From contig NC_088791.1 in NCBI RefSeq assembly GCF_011386835.1, positions 4,278,001 through 4,342,000 on the forward strand: a stretch of 64,000 nt of DNA, read 5' to 3'. Position 1 is the first letter of the stretch; the number at the start of each line of letters is the position of its first letter. Source of the DNA: Chrysemys picta bellii. Lineage: Eukaryota. The notes beneath the pieces were generated by a model. That model was not told the origin of the DNA. It was given only the letters and a program-made list of their open reading frames with translations, and made no database searches. The position numbers were made by a program, and so were the translations under genes. Shown here in pieces: positions 22,806 through 35,537 of this stretch.

Positions 22806-24031
22806 CCCTGCTCTACAGCCAAAATGCTTCTGAAATAAATGTAGTCAAACTTTACTAATTCTGGGTCACTGAGAATGAAAATGATGCTTAAAATTGTTGA
22901 TTGGCTCTAGTTTTCAAGATATGCTATTGGGTCAGTATATACGACCCTTGACTTGGGAATGGCGGAGGATAAGTGAGTTATAAAGGGAAGGGATCTCAAT
23001 TTAAACCAGAAATGACGAAAATACATCTTTGCCTGGATCTATGAATAAATCTATGACTGGGTTTGGACAGTACTTGCCTTTTAGGCAAAACAATGAATGA
23101 TGCAATCTGAAGCTGGTATTGCGTCATACATGATATGAATTGCATCATGTTATTCCTAGAAGTCATGGATGATGCAATCATAAGGAAGCTTACATCACTC
23201 TGCTGAACAAATTGGCCTATATCAGCTCTAGAAATCATACAGTGTTGTGCTCTCTTATTTGTCAGTGTTTGATTTTGCAAAGGGACACATTTCTGTTTAC
23301 CCAAAGTGAGCAGAGATGCCTCGTACTTGTGTGAACAGTGCAGATAACTTCTGCTATGTTTGTGGTGAAGTGACTTTTGCATCACAAAAGAGCAGTATAA
23401 CCACTATGGATAAGAAAGCCTATCACCTTTATTTTGGCTGCAAAATTGGAGATCAGGACAAGAGGTGGGCCCCACACATATGCTACAACACTTGTGCAAC
23501 AAATCTTCGCCAGTGGTTGAACAGGAAAAGGAAATCTATGCCTTTTGAAGTGCCAATGATTTGGAGACAGCCAACAGATCATACCAGCAATTGTTACTTC
23601 TGCATGGTGCCTCCAGTTGGGAAAGGTGTGTCAAAGAAGAAAAAGTGGACTGTGCATTATCCAAACATTCCATCAGCTATACGCCCAGTACCCCACGGAG
23701 AAGGACTGCCGGTTCCTGATGCACCAGAATCATTCTCACTTGAGTCAGACGAGGAAAAGGAAGAGGATGAAACTTCTGGTCCTGAACCATCAATGTCACA
23801 GGACCCACATTTTCTCCCATCTCTTCCTCTGAAACACACCTCATAACACAAAGTGAACTGAATGACCTTGTCAGGGATTTGGAACTACCCAAGAGTAAAG
23901 CAGAGCTGTTGGGCTCCAGACTACAGCAGTGGAATCTCCTGGCAGGTGATGTTAGGGTTTCCATGTTCCGTGACCATCAAAAGGATCCTGTCCCATTCTT
24001 CTTCATGGAAGGTGATCTTGTAGGCTGCAAC
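22806..24031 (+). mobile_element. DNA transposon 5' fragment, probably Chapaev3-like (CMC superfamily)
   Basis: ORF 23316-23846 MPRTCVNSADNFCYVCGE...WAPHIC..C...PMIWRQPTDHTSNCYFC (Cys/His zinc-finger N-terminus); frameshift, then ELPKSKAELLGSRLQQWNLL. Family assignment is from recall of this N-terminus, not a search. Confidence 0.6.
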
Positions 24032-24147
24032 TTTAGTAATTCATCTCTTGGGCTGCATAACACTTGATGAGTGTTTGTGAAGTGCTTTGAAATGCTTAGA
24101 TTGGAGGAAGCCTCAGACAATCCACCCTGAAAGTTACAATTATACCT

Positions 24148-24645
24148 CAAGTATCAGAGGGGTAGCCGTGTTAGTCTGAATCTGTAAAAAGCAACAGAGG
24201 GTCCTGTGGCACCTTTGAGACTAACAGAAGTACTGGGAGCATAAGCTTTCGTGGGTAAGAACCTCACTTCTTCAGATGCAAGTAATGGAAATCTCCAGAG
24301 GCAGGTATATATCAGTGTGGAGATAACGAGGTTAGTTCAATCAGGGAGGGTGAGGTGCTCTGCTAGCAGTTGAGGTGTGAACACCAAGGGAGGAGAAACT
24401 GTTTCTGTAGTTGGATAGCCATTCACAGTCTTTGTTTAATCCTGATCTGATGGTGTCAAATTTGCAAATGAACTGGAGCTCAGCAGTTTCTCTTTGGAGT
24501 CTGGTCCTGAAGTTTTTTTGCTGTAAGATGGCAACCTTTACATCTGCTATTGTGTGGCCAGGGAGGTTGAAGTGTTCTCCTACAGGTTTTTGTATATTGC
24601 CATTCCTGATACCTGACTTGTGTCCATTTATCCTCTTGCGTAGTG
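24148..24645 (-). mobile_element. Penelope-like element 3' fragment (GIY-YIG C-terminus plus pLTR)
   Basis: Minus frame 24643-24341 LRKRINGHKSGIRNGNIQKPVGEHFNLPGH...; 6-bp TSD ATACCT (24142-24147, 24646-24651); empty site at the paralogous position near 55590. Confidence 0.85.
24239..24279 (-). ncRNA. Minimal type I hammerhead ribozyme motif
   Basis: Minus strand GCATCTGAAGAAGTGAGGTTCTTACCCACGAAAGCTTATGC in the Penelope pLTR. Confidence 0.7.
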
Positions 24646-25805
24646 ATACCTGTTTGCCACAGAGGTAAATTGAGGCACATTCAGGTGAGGGTCAGACAGG
24701 GAGCGACTGGCAGAGTCAGAAATATACCCCAATTTAATATTTAAAAAGCAACTGCAACCTTGGAAAATTGACAGACTTGTAATTCCTTTGGAGAACTATT
24801 ATCCTCAAGTATAAAAAAGCCACAGTGCAAGTAGATCACAATATTAGCCAGTTTTTTATTGTTGATCCTGAGATCCAAGGATGCACAAAATTTTAACCAG
24901 ACTTGTTACTAACCTTGTCTTGTAGCACCGTGTATCACGGATCAACCTAGACCTCAGCCTGTGGTCAGAAGTATTGGGTTGTATTTCTGTTTCTGCAACT
25001 GACCCCCATATGACCTTCACCTCAACATGCCTCTTTTTTTAGGCCTATCAAACGTAAAGAGTACGGATGTTAAAGCTGGAAGGTCTTCAGTGTCCTTAGA
25101 ACTCAAGATTTCAAAAAAAGAAAAAGGAGAAAGAAGTAGAGAAGCAAGACTACATTTCCACGGTTTCATGAACGACCATATCCTATCCCCAGCTCCAATG
25201 TGGTGTATTTCTCACATAGTTCTCTTACTCCTTTATAGCAGTTGTAGAGTTTGCCACTATTTTTAATTACTTGTCTCACCCTGGTCAGTCTCAACTAAAA
25301 CAAGACACAATAAAAGCAGAGGTTCAAAGAGCTTCTCTGTTATGCAGCTCGTTAGAAAGATAAAAAGCAGAAAGAAACAGTCCATATTCATGGCTAGAAG
25401 ATCACTTAGCCTAATTCTCATTGACACGAAATCCTTTTGACGGTGCTCTAGTATGAGAAAGAGGCATTCCAGTCAGGGTAGATGTAGGTAACGTAGACGT
25501 TATGGCTCCTGCTTCATTTGCACTTTAGAGCGTGGTGTAAAATCCATCGTGTAGTTGAGAATCAGACCCACTGAGTTATTAATAGAGGAAGCCCATAGCT
25601 AGGAAGGTATTCGAGGATACCCATATAGGGTAACATGGGAAACATTGGGAATGTTTGCAGAGGTGGTGATGAAATGCAGCTCTCTCATTATTTCACACTG
25701 AGTTGGGTGTAGTCAACACTTCTCAAAGCCAGGCCTGTGCGATCAGACGTGAATCTGTATCTTGCCGTTCATTTCCTGCTGTTCCCATGCATATGCCTGC
25801 TCGAT

Positions 25806-26209
25806 TTAGCATGGCCCACAGGTTTCATTAAGGTACCGATGACCCCATCAGAATCCCCTCCAACCCTATTTTCTCCCACAACCATATGGCCCCATTATCC
25901 ACACAGGTCCTCCTGCCCATATTGGCCCCCATAAGCGTATAATCTACCATAATCACTGGGTCATCGGTTACAGTGTAATCCTCCATAACTTGATAAGCCT
26001 CTATCACCACCGCCAACGTCAATGGCACCCCAGGATTCCACTCTGTTTTCCTGAGGGAAAGATCTGAGAATTGCTCCTGGGAAGGTCATGACAGCCGGTG
26101 CGGGTTGGATCAGTGCTATAGAGTCAGGGCACTGCCTTACGTCTGGCTTGTGGCAGCTGTTGTGCATGCTTTGTGAAATGTCGCTCCACACGTTTGTGAA
26201 TCAAGACAT
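25806..26209 (-). pseudogene. Decayed CBP paralogue (psiB, arm A2)
   Basis: Inverted copy of 9433-9836 with an extra stop at codon 3 (ATG TCT TGA). Confidence 0.85.
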
Positions 26210-26658
26210 CTTTCTGCCATGGAGATAAACCTAAAACACACAGCAGGTACGGCAGTAAACATAAGGTACATGGTGGCCACTTTTCTTTTCTTTACGTCAA
26301 CCTGGTCACTTAAAGTCTCCCACAGATGCTTACTGTGAACCATGTGATTGGTCTTCTTGAAACCAAAGAAAAACGTATATTCTTAACATGAAAATCTGTC
26401 TCGTCTTTACAGGGAAAGACTATTTGCTAAACCATGTAATGGAAGGAGGAATTCCACCTGGGTACTCAGGGCCTGCAGAATGCTGTCACCCAATGTAAGA
26501 GCCAGATTATCCTATCACAGCAGGGCTTTGGAAGGTGCAACTGGAAAAGTTCCCGGTGCTGCTGGCTCCACGGGGAGGAATTTCGTCCAGTGCAATTTTT
26601 AAAAAAGGACAAAGAAACAAAGAGAACCAGAGGACTGATATTTTGATGCAGCAGAGTT

Positions 26659-26664
26659 TTTAAT
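26659..26664 (-). terminator. Probable poly(A) signal of CBP2 (ATTAAA)
   Basis: Reverse complement of the CBP1/CBP3 signal context. Confidence 0.6.
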
Positions 26665-27375
26665 GCAAATGAAATTGGCAGTACACAGTTGCAGGAAGAA
26701 ATACTACAGAGCGGAAAAAAATGTATTTCCAGTGTTTCAAGAAGGGCTCTGACCCATCACCTGCGTCAATGGGATGTATTTCACACAAGATGTTCTTTGT
26801 GCTTTGTTGCAGCTCCAGAGGTTGACAAACAAGTCCCCTTTTGAAACCATTTTAAGTTCTATTTTTTTAACCCCAGTCAGGTGTGAAATGAGACAAAGGA
26901 ATATAGAAGCAGAGACTACGCAACTTCTCCATTAGACATGTGAAGTAGCAAAGGTTAAAGTGAGTTGCTAAAGGTACGTATTGATAGAAAGGATAGAACA
27001 TGTAGGGCCTAATTCTCCTTGAGAGGGACTTAGAGTGATCATGAATGTAAATGATGCCTATCTTAAGGCCTCTGTTTCCTTCACACTGCAGGGTCAATGT
27101 AAACACCCTGTGTGTAGTTCAGAATGAGTCCACAAAAGAAATAGAGAATCAGCACTTGGTTGGGAAAGCATTAGCAGAGAGTCATAAAGCGTAAAATTAG
27201 AAATGCAGCATAGCTATCAGACCACGGTGCTGAGCACACACAGCTCCCACCCAGTTCAACTGGAGCCATGTTTGCACAGCACTTCTGAAAGCCATGCCCA
27301 AAAGATCAGGGGTGAATCTGTATCTTGCTGTTCATTTCCTGGTTCTTCCTTCTTCCATGAATATTTCTAGTGGGT

Positions 27376-27924
27376 TTAACATGGCCCACTGCTTCCACTG
27401 AGGTACCTATGGCAAGATACCCCGGAACCACTTAATCCCCCATAACCATAAAGGCCCGGGTAGCCACAGTGTCCCCCATATCCCCATAATCCCCCATAAC
27501 CATAAAGGCCTGGGTAACCGCAGTGTCCCCCATTTCCCCATAATCCCCCATAACCATAAAGACCTGGGTAACCACAGTATCCCCCATTGCCCAATAATCC
27601 CCCATAACCGTAACGGCCACCGTAACCACCTAATCTCCCTAAACCATACAATCCTCCGTAATGGCCTCCATAGCCATACAATCCCCCCAAACCATATGAG
27701 CCTCCGAAACCGGCTCCGACCACAGGTGCTCCTACAGCTGCCACTTCGCTCTGTTGAGGGAAATTGCTGAGAATTGGTCCAGGGAGGGTCACGACAACCG
27801 GTGAGGGTCTGATCACCACTTCGGAGTCAGGGCACTGCCTAACGCACGGCTCGTTGGCGCTGCCAGTGACTGGACTGGGTCGGGCCACCCCGCATTCTGG
27901 ATAGCACAGGCTGGAGAAAGTCAT
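27376..27924 (-). CDS. Corneous beta-protein CBP2, 182 aa
   Basis: Intact ORF from ATG 27924 to TAA 27376; near-identical to CBP1/CBP3; acceptor AG at 27946-27947. Confidence 0.95.
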   Translation of the reverse strand: MTFSSLCYPECGVARPSPVTGSANEPCVRQCPDSEVVIRPSPVVVTLPGPILSNFPQQSEVAAVGAPVVGAGFGGSYGLGGLYGYGGHYGGLYGLGRLGGYGGRYGYGGLLGNGGYCGYPGLYGYGGLWGNGGHCGYPGLYGYGGLWGYGGHCGYPGLYGYGGLSGSGVSCHRYLSGSSGPC

Positions 27925-28483
27925 CTTTCTGGGATGGAGGTAAACCTGAAACACACAACAGGGACTACAGATAAGACAAGGTACAAGGACTGGTGGAAGA
28001 AAGGCTTCAGAGCTCGGTTACAATTGTATTGAGTTCTGTAGGGGGCTCGAGAGAGAGAGAAGAAGTGGACTTAGTCTCTTTTTGCGTGGTCATGTAGTTG
28101 TCACTATTTTCTCTTTCTACACCTCTTCTCCGCTCGCAGTAAACTTCCCTCCCAACCGGCCTCTTGATTCTCTCTCAATGACTTTGTCTGAAAAACCGCG
28201 ACTAGAATAAGTGTAACTATTTCCACGATGGACACCTGCCAGCTCCAGTAACTTAATAATGACACACTATAGATACAAATAAATAAATAAATACATAAAA
28301 TACAAATAATTTTATAATTAATATTTTAAATTGATATATCTATAATATTATATATATATATAAGCATAAATGTAATTAATAAATAAGTAAAAATTACAGC
28401 GAGTATATGCAATATTCCACCTGAAATGAAAAGAGGCCCGACTGTGAAATCTCTGGGGTTAGAAAGAGAGGGAGTTGAATTGG

Positions 28484-28557
28484 ACTTACCGAGTTCACTA
28501 AGGAGATGAAGTCCACAGAAGTGTTTAGAAGAGTGCAGAGTCGAGAGCACTTTTATA
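28484..28557 (-). promoter_or_regulatory. CBP2 TATA box, non-coding exon 1 and donor
   Basis: TATAAAA 28557-28551; exon 1 ends 28490; GTAAGT donor; intron 28489-27946 (544 bp, shortened by an internal deletion). Confidence 0.85.
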
Positions 28558-28945
28558 CAGTTCCTAGGACAGCCTGGAGGATCTGCGATGCTGTTTGTGG
28601 AGGAGGTCCTAATTAGTTACCAAACAAACTTGATTGCCTTGCTAAATCCTTCTTTGGATGGAGCTGTTTTCCTCACTGTTGGTGATTACTGGGCTAATCT
28701 CAGCCTCAGAGGGTGTGACATGCACGTTGCAATTTTCAACTGTCTTTCATCTTAAAATTTTATAGGCCAACTGCATTTCTTTTTGTCATTTTACTGACTT
28801 TATAGGTTCTGCAATGAGAATGAATGTCAAGGTGATCCTGAGAAGCATCAGTAGAACAGGTGGGTGTCATTTAAGGAATCCAGTTTGGTCCTTTCAATTC
28901 GTGCTGTTCATGATTAGGGGCATTAGGGTCAAAATTCCAATAAAC

Positions 28946-29138
28946 CCCGAAAACCGGCTCTGACCACAGGAGCTCCTATGGTCCCAGTTGGGTCTGAGGA
29001 GGGAAATTGTGGAGAATTGGTTCTGGGAGGGTCACAAGAACCGGTGAGGGTCCGATCATCACTTCAGAACTAGGGCACTGCTTACCGGTCAGCTCCTTGA
29101 AGCTGCTAGCAACTGGACTGGGCCATTCTACCCTGCAC
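28946..29138 (-). pseudogene. CBP core-box fragment (psiA, arm A2)
   Basis: Reverse complement of the 37195-37388 fragment. Confidence 0.75.
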
Positions 29139-30304
29139 GGTTTTTAGGAAATACCAAATTCAAAACTACATATGAATGAAAATGAAATAGCCCCAAATTG
29201 TGTGGCCTTAAATCATGACCCGATGAAGGGAATGACACAAGAGACCTTGGCCTCCATTTTGTTGAAAGTGACTATACGACTCAGTGCAGAGGCGTCCAAT
29301 CGTCACAACAATGTATTGACTACAACCTTTTGCAGGTGTCAAACACCAGCGAGTGTTTCTGTAGTGCTTTGAAATCTTGAGGTCTAAGGACACTGAAGAA
29401 CTTCCAGCCTTAACATCCTTACTCTTTACGTTTGATAGGCCTAAAAAAAGAGGCATGTTGAGGTGAAGGTCATATGGGTGTCAGTTGCAGAAAGAGAAAT
29501 ACAACCCAATACTTCTGACCACAGGCTGAGGTCTAGGGTGATCCGCGTTACACGGTGTTACAAGACAAGGTTAGTAACAAGTCTGGTTAAAAATTTTTTG
29601 CATCCTTGAATCTCAGCGTCAAGAATAAAAATCTGGCTAATTTTGTGATCTACTTGAACTGCGGCTTTTTTATACTTCAGGATAATAGTTCTCCAAAGGA
29701 ATTACAAGTCTGTCAATTTTCCAAGGTTGCAGTTGGTTTTTAAATATTAAATTGGGGTATATTTCTGACTCTGTCAACAGCTCCCTGTCTAACCTTCACC
29801 TGAATGTGCCTCCATTTACCTCTGTGGCAACCAGGTATAATTGTAACTTTCAGGGTGGATTGTCTGAGGCTCCTCCGATCTAAGCAATTCAAAAACATTT
29901 CACAAACACTCATCAAGTGTTATGTAGCCCAAAAGATGAATTGCTAAAGTAGTAATAACTTATTACTGGGATTAGATGTTCCAACAGGGAAGATTAGATT
30001 TACTTTAAAAATGCATGTCAAGGTCACAGATGTCATTCCAGTGCTCAGTTTGGGAGTCCTAGCCTTTGACATTGGGGCTCTTTGATTTTCATTCCATAAA
30101 CCTTTCATCTCCCTATTATATATATTTTGAAGTGTAAGGGTAGATACTGAACCAGTGTAAAAGGGAACAGTTCCATGAACTTCCAATTGAAGGAATGCAC
30201 TTTAGCTAGCCCGGGTTAGAGAAACCTTATTGGGAGTGCATCTCTCTATTGGGAGTTCCTCTCTCTATCCATACTCGGCATCTCAACCCCCTGGTGCTCA
30301 GAGC

Positions 30305-30796
30305 CATGGGTGATGTGTGAACCTCTGATTGGGAGAGGCTACCCCTTGCCCCGCCCCTTCCACCAAGGGCCCTCCACTTCCACCCGAGGCCCTGCAGGAG
30401 CCAATTCCTGCCCCCCCAAGCCGAGAGCTGCCCCCCACCACTGCGACCACCGATCCACTTCCAAGGCTATCACCCCAGACCCAAAGGAGTGCCGGGAGGG
30501 TGGAAGTGTGCGGGCTCAGCCAGCCTAGGCAGGTGTAAGGAAAGGTGGGCAGCGCGCAGTCCCAGCCACGGAGCACGGGAGGGTGGGTGGCAAGCAGCCC
30601 CAGCCTCCCCAGCCCTGGGACACGGGAAGGCGGGTGGGGAGCGGCCCCAGCCCTCAGAGCACTGGGAGGCTAGACTTGGAGCTGGTAGAACTGGAGCAGC
30701 AACTGTACGTTTGGAGTGTCGCGGAAGATGGTCGGGTAACACTTGTCTGTTTGGGGAGGGAAAACCTCCCCTTACCTATGCAACCCGCCACCCGTG
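30305..30796. mobile_element. GC-rich hAT-like MITE copy (inverted, variant type)
   Basis: Variant shared with 35538-36029 and 58913-59404; end CACCCATG partly complementary to start CACGGGTG. Confidence 0.55.
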
Positions 30797-33700
30797 CTCA
30801 AAACGCAAGGCCAATGGGAAACATCAGGTACTGCATCTCCACTCATGAGCAGCCAAGAGAACTGTATCTTGTGAGAGTTCAGCTAATGAAGAAAAGGAAG
30901 AAGCACAACGCTGACAGTTAAGGATACCTTCTTCAACCTTCAGATAGCTGTGGGATGAGACTGGATTCATTGGAAGTTTGACCAACCTAGAGCATTCTGC
31001 AAGACCCTTCTCCCACATAACGCTTTTCAGCCACAATTAGAACAATTTTTAAAGTGGAAAATACACCCCACCAGGATTGCTTCTAAGCCGAGCTTCCCTC
31101 AGTTGTAAGCCCAGAACGTCATTGCAGTCTGTGGAGCTGTACTGATGTCCAGTGGCTCAGTATCTGTCTCTTGAGCTCTGTAAAGGAATGTTTACTAAGA
31201 AAGGGAAATGCAAAGCTTTACTGAATGAAAATCAAACAGCCCCAAATTCGGAGGCTGGGAATCATCCACTGACTATTGACATAACCTCAGAAACCTTAAC
31301 ATGCATTTGTTTAATCCAGCGTTTCTCAAAGGAGGCCACAGGTGGATTTTTTTGTAGCTACGTCAGCCTCAAGAGCATGGGCGGGATTGTGGGGGTGCAA
31401 AGCAGGAGCCCCTTCTGGCAGCCCCCACCTGTTGCTGCTGAGTAGCTGTTACCAAAGACAGTGAGATGCGCCGCATTGGTGTTTGCAGTGGCATTGCCAG
31501 CAGGGGTCAGCGCCATGCACCTCACAGTCTCCTCGGAGGCTCTGGGCAGCACCTCTGGAGACATGAGGGGCCCCTGTATGCAGTACGTGAGGCAACTCCT
31601 GTCAGTGGAGGCGCTGCAACATTTGGTCGCCTGACCACTTTCCTGCTCCCACCTGGATGGGACACAGGGAGCCTGGGACTCTGCAGGCAGCTAGTCAGTT
31701 CCCAACCTACCGGTGAAGGGCTCTGGGAGGCAGGGACAGAGAGACGTGTTTGTTAAAGGCCACCAAAAAAATTGTTATGAGAACCCTTGAATCCTAATCT
31801 ATATTTTGGGGGCATCTAATCCCACAACAAAATTCTACTATTAAAATAATACAGCCCTGTGCACACACACAACTTTACGGAGGCTGCAGTGCTTTGAAGT
31901 CCTTGGATTTGAGGAAGCCTCTGATCATCGAGCATAATATCACTATGAGATCTGGCTTATGTGGAGGTGAACAAGCACCTTGAGGTGAAGGTTACACAGG
32001 GAGCAAGTGGGAGAGTCAGCAATAAAACCAATCGTAGTGATTATCACCCCAGGCTCATCACTGCTGCTGAACTGCACTAATTTAGGACTGAATATTGCAC
32101 AGACACTCTGTGATTCTAAAGAGTGGAAAGCGTTTGGGGTTTTTTCAATTTTTTTTTCTCATATCGAGATCCAGGCCTTGGTTTCTTCATTGTTTAGAAG
32201 TTAATCCCTGGATTTTCAGAGCAAGACATGCATTAGGGACATTAGAGCCTATTAATTTTAGTTGGAACTTGAGCATTCCTATTTCGTAGAGAGCACTGAA
32301 AAATCTTACCCCCATTTTTTAATTAGGATTCATGAAGAAACTCCCCAAGTTTCTCCTATAAAGGTTAATTCATTGTTGTTCTGGTTTCCTGTGAAGCACC
32401 TGGTGACTCACACTCATTGAGACAGGATACTGCATTAGATGGGCCACTCGTCTCCTGCAGCCTGGCAACTGCTACCTTCTCATAGGAAGGAGTAATTCTA
32501 GGTGCAGATCCTCGTCTGGTGTAAGTTAATATAACTCCATTGAGGTCAGTGGAACTCTGCAGATTTGCACGAGGGGAGGAGATGGGGGTTTGTGGTTTGT
32601 TTTGATTAAAAAAACAGTTTTGTTTGTTCAGAGGTTTCTGGCTGGTTTGTGGGGGCAGAAGCTGCACCCTGTTACACTCCCACTGAAGCGAACCGGAGCT
32701 GTTCGTGCTCAACATTTCTTGATAATAGACCACAAGCTTTCCTGACTTGTGCACCACCACTGGGAGTATCCATAGCTGGAGGATACTTTGGCCAAGAGAT
32801 ATGAAAGCCTCTGGTGATATAAAGAGATAATGAATGGAAGAGCAATTAAACCAGAAAACCAAAAGTATGAGGTAGTATATATTTGAATTTGAAATAAAGT
32901 GGATTGCAAACTGTCCAAAAGAAAAAAAATAAAAAGGAAAAAGAAGTAGAGAAGCAAGACTACATCTCCACGGTTTAATGAAGGGCCATATCCTATCCCC
33001 AGCTCCAGAGTGGTGTATTTCTCACACAGTTCTCTTACTTCTTTATAGCAGTTGTAGAGTTTGAGAATCAAGTCTGTTTGCCACCATTGTTAATTACACT
33101 CTGGCCAGTCTCTGGCTGTGCTGCAGGGATGCGGGGGGTCGGACACGTGCTCTGGCGGTTCCCATACGCCCTCAGGCTCTAGGTAGCAGGACCCTTCTTC
33201 CCAGCATCAGTCCCCCGTCAGGGTTCTGATCCCCGTCTTTGCTGGTGGTGTCTGCCCAGGGTCCCCCCCACTCTCCCCAGCTGCTCACCGCACCCGGCTC
33301 CGGACGGCTCCAGCCCCAGCCCCAGCCCCAGCTCCAGCCCCAGCCCCACTCTGCCTCAGCTCGGCTGCGGCTCTGCTCAACTCAGCTCTGCCTGCTGCTC
33401 TCGCCTTAGCTCGGCCTCCCGCTCAGGCAGCTGCAGCTCACACAGCGAAATGGGACCCCGGACTCCTGACTCCCTCATTAGCTTGCCGTGCTGTCAATCA
33501 GGCTGACCTGCAGGGTTGGCCTCGCCCCATTGCCCCTGGGGACTGTCAGTTTTAGGATCCTGATTCCCCATTGGCCCTTCCCCTTTCTGTTGGTGCTGGG
33601 AGAGGGCCATGAATAAAACCCACTAAGTTTTAGTAAGGGGCCAACATTCCCCTGACATCTACTGACAGACACACAAGTCAGTCCAGCATGACAAGGCGGT

Positions 33701-35537
33701 GCTTTGGTTTGTAAACCTCAGAGAGTCACCAGAACTTGGTGATGAACAAACAAAACTGGGGTTTTTTAATCAAAACAAACCACAAACCCCCATCTCCTCC
33801 CCTCGTGCAAATCTGCGGAGTTCCACTGACCTCAATGGAGCTATATTAACTTACACCAGACGAGGATCTGCACCTGGAATTACTTCTTCCTATGAGAAGG
33901 TAGCAGTTGCCAGGCTGCAGGAGACGAGTGGCCCATCTAATGCAGTATCCTGTCTCAATGAGTGTGAGTCACCAGCTGCTTCACAGGAAACCAGAACAAC
34001 AATAAATTAACCTTTATAGAGGAAACTTGGGGAGTTTCTTCATAAATCCTAAATTAAAAATTGGGGGTAAGATTTTTCATTGCTCCCTACGGGATATGAA
34101 AGCTCAAGTTCCAACTAAAATTAATAGGCTCTAATGTCCCTACTGCATGTCTTGCTCTGAAAATCCAGGGATTAACTTCGAAACAATGAAGAAACCAAGG
34201 CCTGGATCTCGATACGAGAAAAAAATTGAAAAACCCCCAAACCCTTTCCACTCTTTAGAATCACAGAGTGTCTGTGCAATATTCAGTCCTAAATTAGTGC
34301 AGTTCAGCAGCAGTGATGAGCCTGGGGTGATAATCACTACGATTGGTTTTATTGCTGACTCTGCCACTTGCTCCCTGTGTAACCTTCACCTCAACGTGCT
34401 TGTTCACCTCCACATAAGCCAGATCTCATAGTGATATTATGCTCGATGATCAGAGGCTTCCGCAAATCCAAGGACTTCAAAGCACTGCAGCCTCAGTAAA
34501 GTTGTGTGTGTGCACAGGGTTCTATTATTTTAATAGCAGAATTTTCTCCCAAATTATGGATTAGGATTCAAGGGTTCTCACAACAATTTTTTTGGTGGCC
34601 TTCACCGAGATCCTGTCCTGGGGGTGGTGGACTGGGAACTCACCGGTGCCTGCAGAGTCCCAGGCTCCCCGTGTCCCATCCAGGTCGGAGCAGGGGAGAG
34701 GTCCAACAACCAAATGATGCAGCCACGTCCACTGAGAAAGAACTGCCTCACGTTCTGCGGACACAGACCCCACATGTCTCCAGAGGTGCTGCCCGGAGCC
34801 CCCGAGGAGGCTGTGAGGTGCAGGACCCCGACCCCTGCTGGCAATTCCACTACACACACCAATGCGGCGCATCTTTGGTAACAGCTACTCAGTAGCAACA
34901 GGTGGGCGCTGCCAGAAGGGGCTGCTGCTTTGCACCCCCACAATCCTGCCCATGCTCTTGAGACTGACGTAGCTGCAAAAAAATCCACTGGTGGCCTCCT
35001 TTGAGAAACGCTGGATTAAACAAATCCATGTTAAGGTTTCTGAGGTTATGTCAATAGTCAGTGGATGATTCCCAGCCTCCGAATTTGGGGCTGTTTGATT
35101 TTCATTCAGTAAAGCTTTGCATTTCCCTTTCTTAGTAAACATTCCTTTACAGAGCTCAAGAGGCAGATACTGAGCCACTGGACATCAGTACAGCTCCACA
35201 GACTGCAATGACGTTCTGGGCTTACAACTGAGGGAAGCATTTAGTGCTGCTCGGGCTAGAAGAAATCCTGGTGGGGGTGTATTTTCCACTTTAAAAATTG
35301 TTCTAATTGTGGCTGAAAAGCGTTATGTGGGAGAAGGGTCTTGCAGAATGCTCTAGGTTGGTCAAACTTCCAATGAATCCAGTCCCATCCCACAGCTCTC
35401 TGATGGTTGAAGAAGGTATCCTTAACTGTCAGCGTTGTGCTTCTTCCTTTTCTTCATTAGCTGAACTCTCAGAAGACACAGTTCTCTTGGCTGCTCATGG
35501 GTGGAGATGATGTTTCCCATTGGCCTTGAGTTTTGAG

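Larger units (their letters stand above)
1379..27536 (+). repeat. ~32.1 kb-period tandem segmental duplication, copy 1
   Basis: Collinear with 33743-58473; offsets CBP +32089, Harbinger +32135, CR1 +32155. Confidence 0.92.
25114..33205 (-). repeat. Inverted arm A2 (reverse complement of 808-10525, and of 33743-42662 over 25114-32630)
   Basis: Contains psiB, CBP2, psiA and module blocks in reverse order; two internal deletions (~611 and ~830 bp). Confidence 0.9.

Noticed and set aside
22996-23385. 129-aa minus-strand ORF also open at 55030-55419
   Set aside because: Antisense to the transposon 5' region; retention is explained by recent duplication; no recognisable domain.
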